A DNA stretch of 54,905 nt from a virus. Lineage: Duplodnaviria; Caudoviricetes. The stretch's first letter is position 1. Each line of letters begins with the position of its first letter. The stretch covers positions 1 through 54,905 of the IMG/VR virus record IMGVR_UViG_3300035138_000057; one strand, 5' to 3'. Below the pieces are notes generated by a model. It saw only the letters and a program-made list of their open reading frames with translations. It was not told where the DNA came from and did no database searches. The translations under genes and the position numbers were made by a program. This document shows, in pieces, positions 36,144-44,791 of this stretch.

Positions 36144-37046
36144 ATGGCTCTCGATCGAATTCTCTGCAGTCAGTGTGAATCAGCACTTCCGCCTAATGAC
36201 ATCGTAGATTGTGCTTGTGGTCTACCGTTCTGTGTGGACTGTTATGACGGACATTTTCTTAATTGCCCATTGGCGCTCGAAGCTGCAGGGTTTCACTCGG
36301 ACCCAACTGAGGAGGTCGTGCACTCGTCCGAGGTCAAACTGGATCGTTATAACTTGATCGACGGAGCATTGACCGTCGACAACTCGAACGGAGTTTGGTA
36401 CCTGCGCGCGGCTGCAGACCAGCGCTTCGAGCTCCTCGAAAGGGAGTACGACGAAACCCTTCTGGCGCAGAAGCGAGCTGAACAGCTCGTTTTAGATCGT
36501 GATAAGCACTGCGAGCAGTACTACCTGGAACGCGGTGAAGCCCGAGCACTGGTGCTGCGACTCATCGCGGCGCAGGGACGCGTGGGGTGGGAGCAGGGAG
36601 AGACCGAGCAGGAGATCGTCGATCACGCGTTCAACCAGCTCCACAACTGGGGACTCGACCCGCACAACGACGTCGAGGCGTGCCGAGCGCTGCTCGAGCA
36701 GCATAACCCGCAGGCGGACCTCGAGCTGATCCGCACGCGCGAGGAGCTGCTCGAAGAAACTGCGGAGATCCTGCGTACGACTGAGCAGGAGCTGGGGGAG
36801 CTCAACGGGAAGCTGGACGATCTGCGTATGTGCATCGAGGGAGGGCACGACTACGGATCAGGACCGACGGCCGACGAGATCTGTTATCGCTGCGGCCACC
36901 GCGGACCAGGTGACCGCGAGCACGCGTTGCGGTTGGGGAACGAGCAGTTGAAAGCGATGTGCGAAACCTGGCAAAAGGCTTACAACGAGTTGTGGCAGAC
37001 GGCGCGCAGGCAGCTCGATGATTTCAAAAAGGAACTCGGGTTATAG
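36144..37046 (+). CDS. Modular coiled-coil / Zn-ribbon protein
   Basis: N-terminal Cys cluster; CIEGGHD..CYRCG; GGAGGAGG RBS. Confidence 0.75.
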   Translation: MALDRILCSQCESALPPNDIVDCACGLPFCVDCYDGHFLNCPLALEAAGFHSDPTEEVVHSSEVKLDRYNLIDGALTVDNSNGVWYLRAAADQRFELLEREYDETLLAQKRAEQLVLDRDKHCEQYYLERGEARALVLRLIAAQGRVGWEQGETEQEIVDHAFNQLHNWGLDPHNDVEACRALLEQHNPQADLELIRTREELLEETAEILRTTEQELGELNGKLDDLRMCIEGGHDYGSGPTADEICYRCGHRGPGDREHALRLGNEQLKAMCETWQKAYNELWQTARRQLDDFKKELGL

Positions 37047-37074
37047 TCCTGATAACAGATCAAAGGAGTGAAGC

Positions 37075-37911
37075 ATGAGGCGGTTGAGCAAGTGGGGAGT
37101 GGTCAAGAGTTGGTTGCGGTACTGGTTGATCGACGACGTGCACCCGGGTTACGAACCGGGGCGCTTCGCCACACGGTGGACGGTGTTCGTACTGCTGGCG
37201 ATCGCCGTGATCGTACTGCTAGGGGTGGGAGCGATCGCGCTGACCGGGTGCGATCCCGAGTGCACGGTAGCGTACCCCAACGTAGGGAACTACAAAGGCC
37301 AACCGGGTTACTACACCTTCCGCGCGACGCACCGGTTGAGCAACGGGGCGTTGGTCGAGCTCCACCAGCCGTGGTTGATCGAAGAGCTCGACGACGCGGT
37401 TACCCGAGCGCTGGATCTGGCCAAGGCGGTCGGTCCGACGTTGACCGACGAGGAGCTGGACGACGAGCACGGGTTCTGCGTAGCGCACTTGGCGCGTAAC
37501 CCGCGCTGCGACGTTCGGGAGTGCTTGCGGATCCGGATTCTCCCGTTTCGATCGGTACACGTTAGCCGGCTCGATGGGGTGACGTTGCTGCTCAACGATT
37601 CGGTTGACCGAGCGCAGAACCACGGGTGCTGGGTACGAAAGCCTTGGCTCGACCCGAGCCTGCCGATCTACTGGCCGGCGGGCTGCCAGGAGGACAGCGT
37701 GTGCGTCGCGCCGGTGCCCAGCGGTGAGTATTTCACCGACGCCGACTGGCGACCTGTTGAAGGCGCGTACGGCCGGTGGTCCGCGCTGCAGCGAGCGGTG
37801 ATCGACTGGTACCTCGGGTGCTACAACTCGCCGTTGATCCCTGCGGTAGGGGGTTCCTCGCAGCGGAGGTGGCACGATGAGCTATCGCGAGAACCCGAAG
37901 ACGAAGGGTAG
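37075..37911 (+). CDS. Membrane-anchored or lipoprotein-like Cys-rich protein
   Basis: Long hydrophobic helix ending in LTGC lipobox-like motif. Confidence 0.7.
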   Translation: MRRLSKWGVVKSWLRYWLIDDVHPGYEPGRFATRWTVFVLLAIAVIVLLGVGAIALTGCDPECTVAYPNVGNYKGQPGYYTFRATHRLSNGALVELHQPWLIEELDDAVTRALDLAKAVGPTLTDEELDDEHGFCVAHLARNPRCDVRECLRIRILPFRSVHVSRLDGVTLLLNDSVDRAQNHGCWVRKPWLDPSLPIYWPAGCQEDSVCVAPVPSGEYFTDADWRPVEGAYGRWSALQRAVIDWYLGCYNSPLIPAVGGSSQRRWHDELSREPEDEG

Positions 37912-38605
37912 CGGGATCGTCTGCTGTATCCCGCAGCGTGGGCGGTGTCCTATCGGCTGCGAGGACTGTTTTTTCCAGGGTGGTCGGTCGTACCTCGAGC
38001 CGCTGAACGAGCGTACGCCGAACCTTCCACCTCTTAAAGATACTGAGTATACCGTCGTGCGCGTGAACGACGGGAACGACTCGGACCACCAACGGGGGCT
38101 CGTGCTCGAGCGTACTCAGTTGTACCGCCATAAGTTCTATAACACATCAGTTTCTCGGGATCTCGAGGGCTTCGGTGCGCCGGTGGTGTTGACGGTCAAC
38201 CCAGGGAAGTTGACTGACGGGTGTGCGCACTTGCTCGAGGAGGTCCCGCCGAATCTCATGTTCGTGCGATTTCGCGCGAACACCTGGAACACCTCATTAC
38301 TGATCGACGTGATCAAGCATTACGAGCCACGTCGGGTTCCGGTGGTGCTCACCTTCATAGCGTATTATACTCATGAGATTCCTGAGCAACATCAACGATG
38401 GTATACCTTCCGTAAACGCGTGCAAAATCCCTCGTGGGTGATCACGCAGGACGGGTGGCACTTCGTTCGGGGTCCTTACCGCGATTATCCTTGGGTGCGC
38501 ACCTGCGGACTCAGCGCGGACGTGCACGAGTGTCGGTTCTGCGGTACCTGCCTGCGGGAGTACTTCGCGACGGCAGAGCGGTTGCGTACAGGAGCACCTC
38601 GGTGA
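37877..38605 (+). CDS. Radical SAM-like protein
   Basis: CPIGCEDC (CxxxCxxC), VRVNDGNDS, C-terminal CRFCGTC. Confidence 0.75.
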   Translation: MSYRENPKTKGSGIVCCIPQRGRCPIGCEDCFFQGGRSYLEPLNERTPNLPPLKDTEYTVVRVNDGNDSDHQRGLVLERTQLYRHKFYNTSVSRDLEGFGAPVVLTVNPGKLTDGCAHLLEEVPPNLMFVRFRANTWNTSLLIDVIKHYEPRRVPVVLTFIAYYTHEIPEQHQRWYTFRKRVQNPSWVITQDGWHFVRGPYRDYPWVRTCGLSADVHECRFCGTCLREYFATAERLRTGAPR

Positions 38606-38933
38606 GCGTGCGAATAGCACATTTGACCCCTAAATAAACCATTGTTTTTAGTGGGATACGTATCGCGATCTACCCCCTTATCTTTCTGCGACAGACCAGG
38701 CTCACCCAACCCAACGGCCTCGCGCAGACCGCGAGGCTCACCACACGGTTCGTGCGCGCAGGTGGAAACTGGTGGGTCACACAGGCCACCTGGTGCCTCG
38801 TGACCGGTGTTTCACGGTCGGATCGTCGTTTTGTACCACACGAATGAAAATCGTCTCAGAACGGCTCTCAGTGGCACGTTCTAACCACCTGGAATGATTA
38901 ACAAAAATAATTCATTTTAACTGTCGTTTCCGG

Positions 38934-38971
38934 TTGACGTCAGCGAAAGATTCGCTTACTCTAGGATCATG
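38934..38971 (+). promoter_or_regulatory. Leaderless promoter with palindromic spacer, copy 2
   Basis: TTGACG-TCAGCGAAAGATTCGCT-TACTCT-AGGATC-ATG; AT-rich UP-like tract upstream. Confidence 0.75.
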
Positions 38972-39421
38972 ACGACGACACAAGACAAGAAGCAGCTCAC
39001 CTGGACAATCACCCCTACAGCACTGCGCAGCGGCACCTCCGGCGACGTGGCTGGTACCAAGCTTCCGGCCGCTAAGACCGGCCTCACTAAACAACAGGCG
39101 GCCGGTGTGGCCAAGAGGCTGCGGGGCTACGAGCTCGAGATCACTGACTCCGATGGGGGATGCTGGGCGATCAAGGGCGGTCGCCTCGTACGCGGTAAGT
39201 CCACCAAAATCGAGCTGTCGTCCGAGCAGCAGGCCAAACTGGACGACGCCCGCCTGCGGCGTGACCTCCGCACTGATCGCGAGCAAGTGGGTGCTGACCG
39301 CAGCCCCCTGGATGTGCTCGAGCTCGAGGACCTAGGCGACTACAGCCGGTCCTACGACGTGTACGGTAGCCCGGCGGACCCCGCCTCGGCGACCGAGGGT
39401 AATCGCAGATCTAAATTCTAA
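38969..39421 (+). CDS. Hypothetical early protein
   Basis: Starts at the promoter ATG. Confidence 0.75.
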   Translation: MTTTQDKKQLTWTITPTALRSGTSGDVAGTKLPAAKTGLTKQQAAGVAKRLRGYELEITDSDGGCWAIKGGRLVRGKSTKIELSSEQQAKLDDARLRRDLRTDREQVGADRSPLDVLELEDLGDYSRSYDVYGSPADPASATEGNRRSKF

Positions 39422-39440
39422 CCTATCAGAGGAGACGAAG

Positions 39441-40481
39441 ATGAGAGCCAGCAATCTAGTAGTAGTCGAGACGATCCCCGAGAGCCTCCGAGCCAGCCAC
39501 GCGGCCGCGGGCAACTCAGGCTCCTGGCCCCACAATGGCGCCGAGCGTATCGTGATGGACCGTGCCGACGCCGAGGAGCTCGTCGAGCACGATCCCGAGT
39601 GGTCGGAGATCCTCGAGGGTGAGGACCCCGCGGACTACGGCGATAACGACGAAACGATGAAAGAGATCACCGACGAGCAAATCGAGGCCCTGCGATCCGA
39701 GGCTGCCCAGGCAGGCGATACCCTGCAGGTGGCGCTGTGCGACGTCGCCCTCGCCAGCGGCCTGACCGACATGGCCGAGGTGGGTGAGCACCGCGCCGAG
39801 CTCGAGACCCTAGGCGTCGTACCCGAGCATGTGGATGCCGATGTGAAGGCACGCAAGCTCTGCGCTCAGGCTATCGCCGACGACGAGCCAACAACGACAC
39901 GTGATGAACAAATCGATAACATGGAGCTCATTATAGAACAGCAACTGCGCGTCATCGAGGGGCTCGAAAGAAAGACGAATCTTCTCCGGCGATGTATTGA
40001 GGAGGGTCATGATATGCACGATGGTCTCATTGCTCCCCGCATTTGCCACAGATGCGGCTATATACCCCGTGAGCTCTGCGCCCGAGCCGACGTGCGGGAC
40101 CAGACGACTCTCGAGGAGCAGTGGTGGGCCTGGCACGACGAGGACTACAGCAGGTGGGAGTATGAGACGGTGCAAGAGGCTGAGATCGCCTGCGCCGCAT
40201 GGGTGCGAGGTGAGTCGGATGTCGGGCCTGACCGCAATCGCGACGACGGCGACGACGAGCAGGAGACGATGTACCATCTAGACAACGGACCACCCCACCC
40301 ATTGGCGTATCTGATGAGACGCGCTGCACGGGATTGCCGCACGCAGGATCTCGAGGCTTTACGGATCTGGGCTACGGATCCTGCCCGAAAAAGCGGCGAC
40401 AGGTGGCTGTCACCGCTCCGATATAGGTATGGGACATCTGCAGGGCAGCCGCGTCTGGTGGTCACGGTAGCCAAGCAATAG
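39441..40481 (+). CDS. Acidic modular early protein
   Basis: ITDEQIEALRSEAAQAGD module, CIEEGHD..CHRCG motif. Confidence 0.75.
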   Translation: MRASNLVVVETIPESLRASHAAAGNSGSWPHNGAERIVMDRADAEELVEHDPEWSEILEGEDPADYGDNDETMKEITDEQIEALRSEAAQAGDTLQVALCDVALASGLTDMAEVGEHRAELETLGVVPEHVDADVKARKLCAQAIADDEPTTTRDEQIDNMELIIEQQLRVIEGLERKTNLLRRCIEEGHDMHDGLIAPRICHRCGYIPRELCARADVRDQTTLEEQWWAWHDEDYSRWEYETVQEAEIACAAWVRGESDVGPDRNRDDGDDEQETMYHLDNGPPHPLAYLMRRAARDCRTQDLEALRIWATDPARKSGDRWLSPLRYRYGTSAGQPRLVVTVAKQ

Positions 40482-40554
40482 CCCGTCTGCCACGCCCTCC
40501 CGCCGTCGGGGGCCGGAGGGTATGGCAGCGCTATCGCTCGAAAGGAGACCTATT

Positions 40555-41739
40555 ATGTCACACGAGATCGACGATACCAACGCCGTTTACACCGACCAGC
40601 AGGCCTGGCACCGCATCGGGACCGAGATCCCCCGATCCGAGACTTTCGCAGATGAGCTCCGCGCCGTCCGGGACGTCATGCCCGTCCTGTTCAGCGAGTA
40701 CGACGAGTACGACGCGTTCATCGTCACGAGTGACCCGACGTTCGTCGGGGGGAAGACCTACACCGTGAGGAACGGCGGAAAGCCGAAGCCCTGCCGCATC
40801 GCCCCGGTCCCCGACGTCAAGGCGATCGTTCGCCGGCAGGACGGCCGCGTCATGCGCCGCACGGTGGGCGCCGAGTCGTTCTACCTGCGCCAACCAGCTG
40901 ACCTCTGGCAGCGCGCCGAGACCTTCGCCCGCAACGCGCCTAACGCGCACCTGTCCTTCGCGGCTTACCTCTACCAAGGGTCGCGGCTCTTCGTCTGCCT
41001 CGACCTCGGGTCGGTCGAGATCAACGGGGAGGAACACCAGCGCTACCTGACCCTGGTGACCGGGTTCGACGGCTCCAAGGCCGAGGAGGTGATCCTCAGC
41101 GTGCAACGCGCGGTGTGCGCCAACACGGTGGCCGTGGCTCGCTACGACGCGCAGTCCGATGACCCAGCCAAGGCTTACTTCAAGACCAAGCACACCAAGT
41201 ACGCCGACCGCCGGATCCGTAAAGCTGACCTCGAGATCGCCAAGGTGCTCGAGCAGTTCGGCTTCATCCAGCGCCAGCTCGAGGCGCTGCCACGGATTAC
41301 GGTCGACCCTCGCATCGCTAGGGACCTCATCAGCGAGTGCCTCGAGCGCACTGGCCGGTTCGACACCGCGTCGGACTCGCCCAAGGCCCGAGCCAAGTCG
41401 GTCATCGACGAGATCCTCGACCTCTACGAGGACCCCCGAGCGGACCACGCGAAGTGGCACGGGACCGCGAATGGTGTGTACCAGGCTGTGACCGCGTACT
41501 GGAGTCATCACAGCACGGTGCGCGGTGCTCGCAGCGCGAAGACCGGTACGACTAGGTCACCAGCAGCAAGGACTCGTCTGACCGAGTACGCCTACGACAC
41601 CGGAGCGAAATCGGTGATGGCCGCGACCGAGGTCATGGCGGAGCTCGTCGAGCACCGCGGTATCACCCTCGAGGAGGCTGGTGTGCACGTCGGGGAGCAG
41701 CTCGACGGTTCGGGCGCCGTCGCTGCTAAGGTGATCTAA
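40555..41739 (+). CDS. DUF932 family protein
   Basis: MSHEID..AWHRIG, GSRLF, TGFDGS, RAVCANT, KHTK, GTANGVYQAVTAY..H. Confidence 0.85.
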   Translation: MSHEIDDTNAVYTDQQAWHRIGTEIPRSETFADELRAVRDVMPVLFSEYDEYDAFIVTSDPTFVGGKTYTVRNGGKPKPCRIAPVPDVKAIVRRQDGRVMRRTVGAESFYLRQPADLWQRAETFARNAPNAHLSFAAYLYQGSRLFVCLDLGSVEINGEEHQRYLTLVTGFDGSKAEEVILSVQRAVCANTVAVARYDAQSDDPAKAYFKTKHTKYADRRIRKADLEIAKVLEQFGFIQRQLEALPRITVDPRIARDLISECLERTGRFDTASDSPKARAKSVIDEILDLYEDPRADHAKWHGTANGVYQAVTAYWSHHSTVRGARSAKTGTTRSPAARTRLTEYAYDTGAKSVMAATEVMAELVEHRGITLEEAGVHVGEQLDGSGAVAAKVI

Positions 41740-41825
41740 TTCCAAGGCCCTCCGGGGCCCACCGGTGCTCCTCGGTCGCGGGTGGTGCCGGTGGTTCCCG
41801 GATGGACCGGGGACGGGAGGTAGAG

Positions 41826-42599
41826 ATGAAGGACTACACCGTCTATGTTGTGAAAGAGCTCGGCACAGGGCGCTATTTTCGAAAAAGGTCCATCGTGCAC
41901 GGCCTGCGCATGGTAGATTGGACCTACACGAGCGACAGAGCTTTCAAGACAGATCGCCGTGGCGAGGCCAAGGATGTCGTGCGCCAATTGATCATCGACG
42001 GTTATGCCGTCGACATCTACGTACACAGCAAAGGTGCTCAGTGCAAGCCCGGAACCGGGATCTCTCGACGTCGCATCGCGTGGTGTCTGTCGTTGTCGAT
42101 CGTGTTTGCCTTTCAAATCGCGTGCGTCACCTCTCAGGGGGTGGCGTTCGTCGACCACACCGGGTGGGCCGACGAGGCGGACGTTCGCCGCGCGGTGGAG
42201 CTCGTACTCGGTCCCGACGCGTGGACCAACGCCGACCCGCTGCTCGAGATCTCCTTGGTGACTACCACTGAGGACCTCGGGCGGGGTTGCGATGGGGACA
42301 CCGAGCACCACGGGTGCTTCCACCGCCGGAGCACCTTATTTGGTGTTACTGATACAATCACCGTACTATTGCCGGAGTACGCGGTTTGTTTCGCCGACGC
42401 GGGTTACTCGGTGCTCGTGCACGAGCTCGTGCACCGTTGGCAGCACGATCATAGGTTTCCGAGCGGCCACCCTATCGAGCTTTTTGGAGATCGGCGAGAC
42501 AACGGTCACGGGGGTCTTACCGGTCAGCTCGAGTGCAAGCTAGCGGAGGAGATCTGCCCCTGGTACGCCGAGCTCAGCCCGCGGTGTGCCGGTGATTGA
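41826..42599 (+). CDS. Membrane-associated HEXXH zinc-metallopeptidase-like protein
   Basis: Internal hydrophobic helix ending FQIAC; VLVHELVHRWQH..H. Confidence 0.65.
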   Translation: MKDYTVYVVKELGTGRYFRKRSIVHGLRMVDWTYTSDRAFKTDRRGEAKDVVRQLIIDGYAVDIYVHSKGAQCKPGTGISRRRIAWCLSLSIVFAFQIACVTSQGVAFVDHTGWADEADVRRAVELVLGPDAWTNADPLLEISLVTTTEDLGRGCDGDTEHHGCFHRRSTLFGVTDTITVLLPEYAVCFADAGYSVLVHELVHRWQHDHRFPSGHPIELFGDRRDNGHGGLTGQLECKLAEEICPWYAELSPRCAGD

Positions 42600-42837
42600 G
42601 CTCTGGCTAGTGCTCTCCTACCTCGCGATGTTCGGAGTGGGTGTGGTCCTCGGAATCGGTCTCGCGCAGCGCTACCGTATCCTGTGGTGGTTCGTGACAT
42701 CTCGCGCTGACGACTACGCTCCGGCGTGCCTTGAAACTCCGATCGGCTTTAGTCGTCACGCGACCACGCGAGATGATTCCCAGCCAGCCCGTGAGGCAGG
42801 TAGCGCCAGGCGATCGCCATGCGATCGGCGCCCGTGA
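42586..42837 (+). CDS. Small membrane protein
   Basis: N-terminal TM helix; 3' end overlaps the convergent gene. Confidence 0.5.
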   Translation: MPVIELWLVLSYLAMFGVGVVLGIGLAQRYRILWWFVTSRADDYAPACLETPIGFSRHATTRDDSQPAREAGSARRSPCDRRP

Positions 42838-44047
42838 AACCCCTCCCGTAATGCCAGGCGTCGGTGCTGGCCAGGCTCGGGTTACGACGTAAGGTGATCG
42901 CGTGCTCGTTGGAGAGTACGCGCGAGAGCTCGAACTCCTCGCGGTGGTGCTTGTGCCCCGTGTGGATCTCGCAGTACGTCGAGCTGCTGATGTGCTCGCG
43001 CGCTTCGCTGAACAGGTTCCCAATAGCTTTGTTGGGTTGGATCAGGTGCCCGTGCGCGAAGCCTAGCAGCACCTGCTCCCAGAGAAAGTATTTTCGCGGG
43101 ATGGCACGGATGTCGAAGGTGATCCCTGGGGTCTCACGATAGTGGGCCTCGAGCACCTGGCAGAGCCACCAGGACGAGGTCTCATCGTGGTTGCCTGGAA
43201 TGAGCACCACACGCACATCGTTGCAGATCCGTCGAAGGCGATCGATGATGTGCTTCTGAATGAGAATGCCAGCCTTCCAAACCTTGGCTGAGCGGGTATC
43301 TTTATCCAACAGAAATCCATCGGTGGGAGTCTCCCCTCGGCTGTTGTCCATGTGGTAGAAGTCGTTACCAACCACGTAGAAAACAGTTTGCACGTTGTAC
43401 AAAGATAGGTTAGCTACCAGGTCATCCGTAGCGTTGAACAACCGCTTAGTGGCGATCTTCGTGTCGTAGTCGTCACCGGTTTCCTCGTGCCACGCGAAGT
43501 TACCTAGGTGCGCGTCCCAGAAACCGAAGACACCCATCTGAGGGGGTCCGCGCTTCGGTACGGTGACCGGGGGCAACTGCTTGTTGAGCAGCCCAACGGC
43601 GTTTGCTTCTAAGAACTCCTGCACCGCCTCAGCGAAACCCACCGGCAATCTACGTCGAAGCGTTAACGAAGAATGCCAGACCTTCGTGTGCGTAGTGCGG
43701 TCCTTCGATCTGTAAAAGGAGCTCCACACCTTGAACTTCTCCGTCTCCCAGATCGTGGTATCAACCTGCGCCAGGTCGAGCACCTCGGGCTCGCTGTACG
43801 GTCGATCCACGCTACCTGCAGTGATCTCGTCCCCATGATGAGACACAGCTAGCAGAGCGTCGTCGAGCTCAGGTGGATCCGGGTAGGCAGTATCAGTCTT
43901 CTTGATACCTCGATTGCTCGCGTATCTCTGAACGGTCTCGTGGTGACACCCCAAATGACGAGCAACGGATCGAAACGAGTGGCCGGCCTCGAGCAGCTGC
44001 TTGATCTTTTGTTGTTCGTTGGTCGTGAATTCCTTGGCTTTACTCAC
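42749..44047 (-). CDS. HTH plus calcineurin-like metallophosphoesterase
   Basis: SFRSVARHLGCHHETV HTH; DAHLG, GNDFYH, PGNHD, AHGH, TGHKH; GTG start overlapping the upstream TAG. Confidence 0.88.
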   Translation of the reverse strand: MSKAKEFTTNEQQKIKQLLEAGHSFRSVARHLGCHHETVQRYASNRGIKKTDTAYPDPPELDDALLAVSHHGDEITAGSVDRPYSEPEVLDLAQVDTTIWETEKFKVWSSFYRSKDRTTHTKVWHSSLTLRRRLPVGFAEAVQEFLEANAVGLLNKQLPPVTVPKRGPPQMGVFGFWDAHLGNFAWHEETGDDYDTKIATKRLFNATDDLVANLSLYNVQTVFYVVGNDFYHMDNSRGETPTDGFLLDKDTRSAKVWKAGILIQKHIIDRLRRICNDVRVVLIPGNHDETSSWWLCQVLEAHYRETPGITFDIRAIPRKYFLWEQVLLGFAHGHLIQPNKAIGNLFSEAREHISSSTYCEIHTGHKHHREEFELSRVLSNEHAITLRRNPSLASTDAWHYGRGFTGADRMAIAWRYLPHGLAGNHLAWSRDD

Positions 44048-44595
44048 TAACGACCTCCATGCAGGATGGCGTAGGCTCCGGCGTAGAGGAGCGCACCCAT
44101 CACAGCGGAACCTATCACCAACACACCTACGAACCAATCTTGAAAGCTTCCCTGGTGCTCGCCCTTTCGTTCGCACAACCATCGAGCTTTGGCCGCCACC
44201 AGGTGGCGTTTTAACTCAGCATCGACTAGCGCTGGCACTTCGATCAATCGCAAATCATCTAGCTGCAACTGAAAGCGCCTGGGTAGGTCGAGAGCCAGCT
44301 CGAGAACGTGACTTTCGAAATCGCTTCGCTCGATCGACAACCACACCCCTTCACCGAGCTCGAAACCCATCGGTGTGGCGAAGCACACGGCATCCTGCGG
44401 CGTAGCATACAGCGGCGGGAGATCAGAGGGCCACGATGGGAGCTGCGGCGCTCGCCAGACGCTACGGGTCGCGTCGATCGGGATCCGGTCGTTTGGCTCG
44501 AGCAGCTGCGTCGAGCCGGCGGTGCAGGTCAACCAAACCATCATCGGGAACATGCTTCGTCTCCGCTTCGGTGTTTCTCGCTCGGGTTTGCTCAT
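44047..44595 (-). CDS. Spanin-like overlapping protein with C-terminal TM helix
   Basis: Starts inside the 44462 ORF; MMVWLTC, Pro-rich linker, coiled coil, C-terminal TM; start uncertain. Confidence 0.5.
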   Translation of the reverse strand: MSKPERETPKRRRSMFPMMVWLTCTAGSTQLLEPNDRIPIDATRSVWRAPQLPSWPSDLPPLYATPQDAVCFATPMGFELGEGVWLSIERSDFESHVLELALDLPRRFQLQLDDLRLIEVPALVDAELKRHLVAAKARWLCERKGEHQGSFQDWFVGVLVIGSAVMGALLYAGAYAILHGGR

Positions 44596-44791
44596 CCACC
44601 AGTTGCTGGGTGCGCGCCAGCTCGTCGCGGGACCGCTGGTCGACCTCGACCGCTGCGCGTTCGGCCTCCTCGAGCTCTCGTTGCTGGGCTCTTCGAGCTC
44701 GCAGCGCACGAGTGAGCAGCTGCCACCCGAACAGGACGACGGAAACGGCTCCGACCACGACTACCAAAAAGCGATTCCTTAACCAGCTCAC
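44462..44791 (-). CDS. Inner-membrane spanin (Rz-like) candidate
   Basis: N-terminal TM followed by a charged coiled coil; follows the holin-like gene. Confidence 0.6.
   Translation of the reverse strand: MSWLRNRFLVVVVGAVSVVLFGWQLLTRALRARRAQQRELEEAERAAVEVDQRSRDELARTQQLVDEQTRARNTEAETKHVPDDGLVDLHRRLDAAARAKRPDPDRRDP

Noticed and set aside
1229-41511. Long antisense or alternate-frame ORFs (e.g. 1229-2113, 9285-10187, 13206-14240, 25441-26304, 40558-41511)
   Set aside because: They shadow well-supported genes, have R/P/A-biased or antisense composition, and are expected in GC-rich DNA
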